The notes beneath the pieces are model-generated. The model ran no database searches. It was not told where the DNA came from and was given only the letters and a program-made list of their open reading frames with translations. From the IMG/VR virus record IMGVR_UViG_3300037247_000518, positions 1 through 63,331 of that record: a stretch of DNA of 63,331 bases; one strand, given 5' to 3'. Position numbers and translations under genes: made by a program. Position 1 is the stretch's first letter; each line of letters starts with the position of its first letter. The DNA is from a virus. Lineage: Duplodnaviria > Caudoviricetes. Shown one piece after another: positions 29,417 through 36,454 of this stretch.

Positions 29417-29566
29417 TCAGTCGAATACCGTCACTGTCACCGTCTTTGTTTTCGGGTTCGGATGCCGTCTCTGTATCTTCTCCGCCATCTTCTCCGCCGC
29501 CTCAACCACCTCCGTCGCTTCCACTGCCGAACCACCGACGACAATGACTGCCTTCACGTATGCCAT
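29417..29566 (-). CDS. 49-aa micro-protein (not in ORF track), paralog of 32943-33080
   Basis: GGAGGTG RBS; MAYVKAVIVVGGSAVEATEVVEAAEK. Confidence 0.6.
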   Translation of the reverse strand: MAYVKAVIVVGGSAVEATEVVEAAEKMAEKIQRRHPNPKTKTVTVTVFD

Positions 29567-29834
29567 GAGACACCTCCATCTCAACTATGAGAGCATGACC
29601 CACGTCACGCACTCATGGAGGAGATGGAAAATCTTCTCCTCCGCCGTTACTCCGGCTCAACCAACGATTCCCCGTGTCTGTGCCAATCAGACACCCCACA
29701 GGCGTTCCAGCGTCATTGCTATCGCAGACTACCGTCGCTCTCTAAAGATAGAGAGTAGACTACAGCCAGCCGGACTCTCCCGTCGCTGCTGCCGCTCATC
29801 GTCCGACGCCATCACCTGCTCGCGGTTGCTATGG

Positions 29835-29869
29835 CAAAACAAATAGGGTGACATACCTCATGTCACCCT
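29835..29869 (-). terminator. Intrinsic terminator or attenuator within the leftward leader
   Basis: 10-bp stem AGGGTGACAT/ATGTCACCCT followed by ATTTGTTTTG on the minus strand. Confidence 0.65.
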
Positions 29870-30053
29870 CTCTGTCTGGCTCTACCGGCGCCTGTCGAGT
29901 GTTCTGCACGTGACCACGGATCGTCCAATCTCAGCGCTCGGAGCACCCCCGCCAAGCTGTATCCTACTGGTCTGCGTCTCCATCGGACTCAGACGTGCTC
30001 GCCTCTGTCGGCAGTCGGTATGCATTTGTTAATGTGGCTCTGTCGCCAATAGA

Positions 30054-30082
30054 ATGGTATAACTTCTCTGCGGGTATGTCAA
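30054..30082 (-). promoter_or_regulatory. Leftward sigma70-type promoter
   Basis: TTGACA-17 nt-TACCAT. Confidence 0.7.
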
Positions 30083-30135
30083 GGCTTTTTACTTGACGTG
30101 TTATGGCGCTCTGTGAGCTACGTCACAAGCGGAGC

Positions 30136-30165
30136 TTGACGCCCTCGGCGCGCGTGTGCTATGCT
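30136..30165 (+). promoter_or_regulatory. Rightward sigma70-type promoter
   Basis: TTGACG-18 nt-TATGCT with extended TG. Confidence 0.55.
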
Positions 30166-30201
30166 GGACTCGCGTACAGGGCCGCTTACTGGAGGTAGCT
30201 A

Positions 30202-30387
30202 ATGGACATCTGGCAGGCACTAGAGGCGATAGCTACGAAGCCTTTCAACGAGAAGGAGACATACAGACCTCGTCCGTCGCCATCTGCTGGCTACGTGTTC
30301 ATGGGCTGTCTCACGTGCGGGCTGTCCTACGATGTCGCCTGGTGGCATCGACTTGTACGGGGCCACTGGCCGGAGGTGAAAGAATGA
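30202..30387 (+). CDS. Small CxxC protein
   Basis: GGAGGT RBS. Confidence 0.55.
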   Translation: MDIWQALEAIATKPFNEKETYRPRPSPSAGYVFMGCLTCGLSYDVAWWHRLVRGHWPEVKE

Positions 30388-30438
30388 TTATCCTGCTTCC
30401 ATCACGCATGGGCGGAAAGCAGATGCTACTCGAAGCCG

Positions 30439-30897
30439 TTGCAAGGAGGACCGGGGCGGTACTTGCTCGGCCTGATGGCGTCTATCGCTGGGATGGCGAC
30501 AGGTGGCAGAAGATACCAGAGCGCGAGTTACGGCCAGCCTGGAGGTGAGGTCATACTAGACATCACTGCGAGACATGCTAGTGGCCGTAAGGTCCGGTTC
30601 GATGCCTTCCCTATGCGGTCATCTTATCGTGAGGCGAAAGTACCGCCATGCCGACACCTGGCGCCTTGTGGCTGCGATGTTGCAACCGAGCATCGCGACG
30701 CTAGGTCATGCTGCCTCCGGTGTCCGTTTGAGCTGTGTCGATATGATGTAGCTGGCGGCATTCGCGCCATCCTCTTGCCTGAGCGTGATAAAGAAATCAG
30801 GACACGCCGAAGTCAGGGCGTGGGGCGTAAAGCTCTGGCGCAGGAGTTTGGGCTTACTGAGCGGAACATCTCTCGTATTCTGGCAGGCGGAGGCTAA
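30439..30897 (+). CDS. Cys-cluster plus C-terminal HTH regulator (start uncertain)
   Basis: CCLRCPFELCRYD; RKALAQEFGLTERNISRIL. Confidence 0.65.
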   Translation: MQGGPGRYLLGLMASIAGMATGGRRYQSASYGQPGGEVILDITARHASGRKVRFDAFPMRSSYREAKVPPCRHLAPCGCDVATEHRDARSCCLRCPFELCRYDVAGGIRAILLPERDKEIRTRRSQGVGRKALAQEFGLTERNISRILAGGG

Positions 30898-30899
30898 TC

Positions 30900-31580
30900 A
30901 TGAAATCGGATCCCAGTCTTACTCTCGCCCAACGTAAAGACGCTAAGCTGCGCGACAAGCCCGATGGCTACGTAGACCCCGCACGCTATCGCTCGCGCAA
31001 GCACCGGCCTACAGTCAAGAAACACAAGAAACACATCGTACCGCCGCATCAGAAGCCTAGCGATGCTACTGCTGTTGTCGAGTCGGAGCCTTATCCGAGG
31101 CATATGAGACTGGGCATCATGCTAGTTGCTATTCAGGATGGCGTGCCCAGTACGGCTGAGCAGTTTGATATCCCCGAGCGTACTATCTACGGGTGGTTCG
31201 CGCAAGAGGGCGGCCTGACTGCGGTTCGGGAGTATGCACAGGCTGCTGCCAGTAACTCGTTCACGAAGCTGATTCAGAAGGCCTGCGACGAGTTATATTC
31301 AAGGATGGAGGAGGCTTCGGACGATGAATTATTTGCCAGCTTCAGGAAGATGCTAGATACGGCGGAAGAGGCAGGTCTAGTGGGGGTAAGGAGCGAGAAG
31401 AAGCGTCGAGGTGAATCTGAGGAGAGCCCAGGACACCCGCCCGGGACTCCTAGTATAGTCTTGCAGTTCGTCCCTCCCGCCCCTGCTATCGCTCCGCCAG
31501 GGTCCAAATCCGAGTCTGAATCGCCTGCCCAGGGGGAGGACGTAGTCGAAGGCGAAGTTACTGACGTATTCGATGAGTAG
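30900..31580 (+). CDS. terS: Putative terminase small subunit (HTH)
   Basis: TAEQFDIPERTIYGW HTH, helical core, disordered C-terminus; upstream of terL. Confidence 0.5.
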   Translation: MKSDPSLTLAQRKDAKLRDKPDGYVDPARYRSRKHRPTVKKHKKHIVPPHQKPSDATAVVESEPYPRHMRLGIMLVAIQDGVPSTAEQFDIPERTIYGWFAQEGGLTAVREYAQAAASNSFTKLIQKACDELYSRMEEASDDELFASFRKMLDTAEEAGLVGVRSEKKRRGESEESPGHPPGTPSIVLQFVPPAPAIAPPGSKSESESPAQGEDVVEGEVTDVFDE

Positions 31581-31588
31581 GAGGAGCC

Positions 31589-31792
31589 ATGCCGTTTGTA
31601 TTAGGCCGCCAACTAGGGACGGAATTGTGTCAGGCGATGGGGATCAAGCCGGATCGTGTCAAGGCGATCACGATCCTTATGCCAATCGATGATATCGCCG
31701 TGGCGGAGGTGGAATACTACCCAGAACCCGATGAACTGAAAGGCGTCTTCGAGCGCTACCGGTTCGAGCGCCTGCCCGAGCCTCAGGTGTAG
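31589..31792 (+). CDS. Hypothetical protein
   Basis: AGGAGG RBS. Confidence 0.55.
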   Translation: MPFVLGRQLGTELCQAMGIKPDRVKAITILMPIDDIAVAEVEYYPEPDELKGVFERYRFERLPEPQV

Positions 31793-31846
31793 GTGAGAAC
31801 CTCGGGGGAACGCTCTCGGCGCCCGCCTAGGCTCCCCGTCGAGACC

Positions 31847-31875
31847 TTGACTTCTCTTGCAGGCTGTGGTATAGT
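31847..31875 (+). promoter_or_regulatory. Sigma70-type promoter
   Basis: TTGACT-17 nt-TATAGT with extended TG. Confidence 0.75.
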
Positions 31876-31880
31876 GACTA

Positions 31881-32006
31881 TGCAAGTAGGGGCCGCACGC
31901 AGTTGCTACCTGAGACTCCGTGTTGCAGTCGTTCCGAAGATACAGGTTAGGGACTCCCGAAAGCGCGAGAAGAGCCTCCGTCATGGACGATGGGGGCTCT
32001 TTCTCT
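31881..32006 (+). ncRNA. Candidate small RNA of about 125 nt
   Basis: Bounded by the promoter and a 12-bp terminator hairpin (31971-32000); no RBS-led ORF; two ANGGAC motifs. Confidence 0.5.
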
Positions 32007-32159
32007 AGGTCTGAGTCCACTACTAACGCTCTCCCATCACCCGTCTGAGACTCCCGCCTAGGTCTGAGTCAAAGGGGAACGGCGCCTGTAGACCCGCCTG
32101 AGTGCGGCGCCCTGCCCGCCTGGGACCTGGTAGTCTAGAGGGATACATACTTTTGCCAC

Positions 32160-32189
32160 TTGACAAGCTCACGCGCGATCTCTTATAAT
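32160..32189 (+). promoter_or_regulatory. Consensus sigma70 promoter
   Basis: TTGACA-18 nt-TATAAT. Confidence 0.8.
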
Positions 32190-32243
32190 GATAGTGCCGG
32201 ACGCCAACGGAGTGCCGGACGGTAGCATGGAAGGAGCAGGATA

Positions 32244-32456
32244 ATGGGTGACGATATAGCGACATGTATCCGGGAAGCTCACGCCACACTAATACGTGCC
32301 GACGACGGGATACGAGTGGGCGCTGATGCGCCGGCGGTGCGCGAGACTAGACGAGAGGTCCTACACGCCATCGACGTACTGACCAGGGTTGGAGAACTCA
32401 TGCTGGGCGAGGAACAGTGGGAGAAGTACGACAGGCAGCTAGACGAGGAAGACTAG
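32244..32456 (+). CDS. Hypothetical protein
   Basis: AAGGAG RBS downstream of promoter. Confidence 0.55.
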   Translation: MGDDIATCIREAHATLIRADDGIRVGADAPAVRETRREVLHAIDVLTRVGELMLGEEQWEKYDRQLDEED

Positions 32457-32478
32457 TAGCAGAGAGAGGAGCAAGAAC

Positions 32479-32676
32479 ATGGGTATAGCAGCAATAGCCA
32501 TACGGGACGAGACGAGCCAGGCACTACAGCGCTTGATGGTCCTGGCCAACGGCAATCAGAGCGAGGTAGAGGCGTCGCTCTCGGACGTGATCGATGCGCT
32601 GCTGGCCATCTCAGACCAGTGGCTATCTGAGGGAGAGATGCTAGTGGAGGTGGTCGCAATGGCAGAGAAGAACTGA
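32479..32676 (+). CDS. Ribbon-helix-helix-like protein, copy 1
   Basis: IAIRDET..AL..LM...SLSDVIDALL. Confidence 0.6.
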   Translation: MGIAAIAIRDETSQALQRLMVLANGNQSEVEASLSDVIDALLAISDQWLSEGEMLVEVVAMAEKN

Positions 32677-32730
32677 CTGAGGGAAGCAGGTGGAGGGGCG
32701 TCGGGAGGCGAAGATAGTAAAGAGGACAGC

Positions 32731-32916
32731 ATGATACTACGAGATGAGACGCGGAACGCGCTGTATGCGCTGATGCAGAAGGCCAACTCCAGTCAGGCTG
32801 GTGTGGGAAAGGTGTCTTACTCGGACGTGATCGACACTCTGCTCGAAATCGCGAGCGAGACGCAGCTTGAGGATGAGGTGCTGGAGGCCATAGTAATAAC
32901 GGCAGAAAAGGACTAG
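32731..32916 (+). CDS. Ribbon-helix-helix-like protein, copy 2
   Basis: ILRDET..AL..LM...SYSDVIDTLL. Confidence 0.6.
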   Translation: MILRDETRNALYALMQKANSSQAGVGKVSYSDVIDTLLEIASETQLEDEVLEAIVITAEKD

Positions 32917-32942
32917 GCTAGCAGTAGCGAAGGAGAAGTAGC

Positions 32943-33080
32943 ATGTACGTACACGCAGTCGTAATCATCAGCGGTGGCACGAAGGAAGACGCGGCGCAGG
33001 TGACTGAGGCAGCAATGAAGGCAGCCGACAAAGCGGTGACGAAGTTGGCTGCGAAGACGCAGGTCCAGGAGCTTAGCTAG
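32943..33080 (+). CDS. 45-aa micro-protein (not in ORF track)
   Basis: AAGGAG RBS; MYVHAVVIISGGTKEDAAQVTEAAMK. Confidence 0.6.
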   Translation: MYVHAVVIISGGTKEDAAQVTEAAMKAADKAVTKLAAKTQVQELS

Positions 33081-33087
33081 GAGAGTG

Positions 33088-33113
33088 GGGCGTCGGGAAC
33101 GGCGCCCTTCTCT
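33088..33113 (+). terminator. Intrinsic terminator
   Basis: GGGCGTCG-GGAA-CGGCGCCC then TTCTCT. Confidence 0.55.
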
Positions 33114-33569
33114 GCCCCTGTGTATGTCCCGCCTGGGTCTAGGTCCGGTACTAACGAGAACGACGTTCCCGGACCCGGGCTGGTGCCTGGCCTCGCCTGC
33201 CTGGGAGGAGACGGGCTGCAGGCGGGGCTAGGTCCAGGTGCTCTACTAACGATGGGCTGCTGGGTCTGGATGCGCTACTAACGATGCCTCTCTTACCCTC
33301 GCACACTTGTTCGCCAGCACACTCGTTCGACTCCCGCCCGCCCCGCCTGCCCCGTTATGTCAAGCTGCAAAAATAGATACTTTTGGCACTTGACACAATG
33401 ACCGATTCATGAGACGATGGACTCGGAGCAAAAAGACAGCGGCGCAACACACGCGCATTGCCAATAAGACGCGAGAGATCGTCGCAGTCGCCGGTTGGCG
33501 AACCGGAACATACCAGCGAATTGCTCTACGTCCATTTGCACGCACTACTAGTCCGATGGAGACAGTATA

Positions 33570-33959
33570 ATGGCGAAGACGAAGACCGGACGGAAGACGG
33601 TGAAACGTGGCAAGACGGCCACGCGGAAGAATGGTGCGCGAGCAGTCGCCACGCGCAAGAATGAGCGCGTAGCGGCGTTCGCATACGATGAGCGCATACC
33701 GGTGCTGGAGAGCGAGCTTCGGCACATGAAGCGTTCGGCTACCGTGGCCGAACTCTTCGAGTCGGTAGAGTCGGCGCAATTCCGCACGGTCCGGCGCGTA
33801 GCGGCGACGTTCCGCGCGGACCAGCGCAGCGATGTGCCGGTGTTCGCTCATGGCGAAGCCGCCGGTACGTGGACGCTGGCGAAGCACACGCGCACGGTCA
33901 ACGGTAGCAAGCGTGGCCGTGGCCGCGTGAGCCGCAAGAGCACACGGCGCAGCAAGTAG
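33570..33959 (+). CDS. Basic-tailed winged-helix (H1-like) protein, paralog of the 21339 gene core
   Basis: ERIPVL..SATVAELF..RTVRRV..GE...TW; K/R-rich tails. Confidence 0.6.
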   Translation: MAKTKTGRKTVKRGKTATRKNGARAVATRKNERVAAFAYDERIPVLESELRHMKRSATVAELFESVESAQFRTVRRVAATFRADQRSDVPVFAHGEAAGTWTLAKHTRTVNGSKRGRGRVSRKSTRRSK

Positions 33960-34269
33960 CGCCGTCAGTGGTCGCAGCGTGTGGCGGCATGCTGCTACCG
34001 GAAAGAGAGCGCCAATGACTGAGCTTGATAAGCTGAACGCGCTGGTGACGCGGTGGATTGCGGACATGAGCGAAGATCACGACGGCCACGCCGCTCACCA
34101 TACCGAGTATGTGCTTGTCGAGTGCGACGGCGAGCAGTGTCCGCATGCTGCCGGTGATGCGCTGATGATCGAGCGTGTCATCGTGATCGTCCGTCGCATC
34201 GCCATGATGTAGAGCCGGTCAACCGGCCAGTGGCGGCTGGCCGGTCGCTGGTAGAAAGAGAGCGATAAT

Positions 34270-34530
34270 GTGAAGACTGCACTTACCGATCTACTGGTGG
34301 CGATGTCGTTACCGGCGAGCAAAGCGGAGCCGCTGGCGGCACTGTTGATCGAAGTAGCCGATCCGGAGAAGCTGTACGCAACGCTCGAAGAGTATCGGCG
34401 CGTGGTGATGTATCGCGCGAGCTACGCGCACATCGCGCTAGACCATGACACCGCGCAAGCGCTGGCGGTGTTTGCTCACGCGCTCGTCTCGCTTGGCGAC
34501 GTGTTGGCAGAGATGGAAGTCTCAAAGTGA
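34270..34530 (+). CDS. Hypothetical protein
   Basis: GTG-start ORF in the island operon. Confidence 0.45.
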   Translation: MKTALTDLLVAMSLPASKAEPLAALLIEVADPEKLYATLEEYRRVVMYRASYAHIALDHDTAQALAVFAHALVSLGDVLAEMEVSK

Positions 34531-34800
34531 AGCACTGTGTCGCCGCTGGATGCACACTGCCGCCGGTCTATGGCATGCGCTACTGCTGGCCGCATGGCGT
34601 GATAGTGCGAGCGCTGGCGCAGATGGCCGCAGCACGTCGATGATGAAGACTTGCGGAGCGAGAATCGTAAGCTCGAATGGTCGCGTAACTTCATGGTGTG
34701 ACCGTGGAGCGAGCCACGCCGGATACCACCATTTCGTTGCTGGCCGTGGCGAATACCGAGAGTTGGAGCGCCGCAGCCGCTAGCCGAACGCGAATGTCGA

Positions 34801-34830
34801 GAGAGAGCCGCCAGAAACGGCGGCTCTTTC
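34801..34830. terminator. Terminator-like hairpin between convergent units
   Basis: AGAGCCGCC/GGCGGCTCT stem then TTC. Confidence 0.55.
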
Positions 34831-34991
34831 GCGTGGGGGAATGGTACGTCAAGATATTGTGGGAATGAGCGCGTTGATGCTCCGGGCTCATCTCCCGTTA
34901 TTTTTCCTCTGCCGCCGCACACTACCTAGCCCTCATGCGCGTGTATTGACTCCAGCCAGGCACGCATAGGCATACATGAATGTCTTCGTCT

Positions 34992-35432
34992 CTAGCATTT
35001 GGCGATTCGGTCATACATGACGATGCTTGCTGCCGTTGCGACGTTAAGGCAGCGAGCCGCTGGGATACTCACTGTGATGGGCGCGCGCTCCAGTATCTCT
35101 TTCGGCAGGTTCCCATCTTCAGGCCCCAGGAGATAGACTGCGCTGCGCGGGTGCGCCAGATGCGGGAGTAACTTCGCGCCGCCAACTTCTACGGCAACCG
35201 GCACGCAATCAAACGGGATATGACGCCAGAACTCATCGAGGTCAGCATAGTGGAAGATAGGTAAATGGCGACAACTTTTAGTCGTGTCTGAAGTCTGATG
35301 TTTGTAGCGCCGCCCGACTGTGAAGCAGAATGCAGCCCCAAATGCTTCCGCAGTGCGCACCATCGTACCGAAGTTGACCTCAGTTTTTAGCAGCACCGCC
35401 CCGATCCCGAAATAGCCACGCGCAGGGCTCAT
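34992..35432 (-). CDS. SpoU/TrmH-family SPOUT RNA methyltransferase
   Basis: NFGTMVRTAEAFG, YLLGPEDG, CLNVATAASIVMYDR. Confidence 0.9.
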   Translation of the reverse strand: MSPARGYFGIGAVLLKTEVNFGTMVRTAEAFGAAFCFTVGRRYKHQTSDTTKSCRHLPIFHYADLDEFWRHIPFDCVPVAVEVGGAKLLPHLAHPRSAVYLLGPEDGNLPKEILERAPITVSIPAARCLNVATAASIVMYDRIAKC

Positions 35433-35857
35433 TGCGCACCTCCCTCTCCTGTGGCCTGGGGCCTAGCAGCGGCGATGGCTGCGCGGGCATATTCCAGATC
35501 GGGATTGTCGAAGCCCGTCCACTCCCGACACTTGGCGCACATCCCCTCCACTTCGGAGTGCTGGGGCGCCCCGCAACACTGAGACGTGCGCTCTGCGTGC
35601 TCCTCGGCGTATGGCAGTGCCCACTCCAGCGCCTTCAGCAATTCCTCGTGGACGTTGGCCTCTACGAACGGGCCGAGAGTCCAGAAGCCATCTTCTCGTT
35701 CTTCCCACTCTCCCACTTTCAGAGAATGGCCTTGTTCGTCCTCGACCTCAACGAATCTACCCGACGCATGCGACGGAGGGCCGTCGAAGACGATGTAGAA
35801 CTCGCAGGTGACGGGCGGCTCCGCCGTGTGCTGCGCTGTTGCGTTCTCGTTTGTCAT
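35429..35857 (-). CDS. Hypothetical protein with Cys cluster
   Basis: GAGGAG RBS before ATG at 35857; CC...CAKC. Confidence 0.55.
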   Translation of the reverse strand: MTNENATAQHTAEPPVTCEFYIVFDGPPSHASGRFVEVEDEQGHSLKVGEWEEREDGFWTLGPFVEANVHEELLKALEWALPYAEEHAERTSQCCGAPQHSEVEGMCAKCREWTGFDNPDLEYARAAIAAARPQATGEGGAQ

Positions 35858-35903
35858 CGTGCTATGCTCCTCTCTGGTCTGGCTATCTACTGTCACCACG
35901 ATA

Positions 35904-35977
35904 AGTATATAACATCTGAACGCCGCTGTCAAGTGCTTTTCTGGTCCTTGACAGCTATGCCAGCTTCGTGCTAGACT
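35904..35977. promoter_or_regulatory. Back-to-back divergent sigma70 promoters
   Basis: Minus strand TTGACA-17 nt-TATACT (35904-32); plus strand TTGACA-18 nt-TAGACT with extended TG (35948-77). Confidence 0.75.
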
Positions 35978-36163
35978 AGTAACTGCGAAACAAGCTGGCA
36001 TGTACCTCCACTGTGCTATGTTTCGGCAGGAGCTTCTGGGCGCGTAGGGTCTCATCGGAGTGCTGGCTTGTTCCGCAGTAGTCGCGAGGGAGCTTGCCGC
36101 GACACGGAACTCCTCAGCCGTGTCGTCGGTCGGCTCTCTCGCGCAATGCTTGAGGAGAATCTG

Positions 36164-36454
36164 ATGGCTTTCTTTCGACCGTCCCGCCTACGTACGCCGC
36201 CCCCATCACTCCCCTCGCCTGAAGAACGCGCCCAACTGAGTGTCGATATCGACCTCCTGGAGCTTCACCGTTTTGTTGAGTCAGTAGCGCGAGATGGTCT
36301 GCATCTGCACCGACATAGCCTGCCCGGCGCTGCTGGTGTGCTCTATCGATGGGTGGCCATATCAAATCCTGCGCGCGCTATGCGCAAAGGCAAATCTACG
36401 TGCGGTACTAACCGCTGCTATAAGCTCAAACTGAAGAATGTTAAACCCGCGTAA
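36164..36454 (+). CDS. Hypothetical protein
   Basis: GAGGAG RBS; TAATG coupling to terL. Confidence 0.5.
   Translation: MAFFRPSRLRTPPPSLPSPEERAQLSVDIDLLELHRFVESVARDGLHLHRHSLPGAAGVLYRWVAISNPARAMRKGKSTCGTNRCYKLKLKNVKPA

Larger units (their letters stand above)
31821..33283. repeat. Dispersed short repeats CCCGCCT(A/G)G, CTAGGTC and TACTAACG in two clusters
   Basis: TACTAACG at 32021, 33149, 33244, 33276; CCCGCCT at least 5 times in about 31820-32125 and at about 33128. Confidence 0.65.

Noticed and set aside
31821-33283. Repeat clusters as a mini-CRISPR array
   Set aside because: Repeats are short (7-20 nt), degenerate and irregularly spaced
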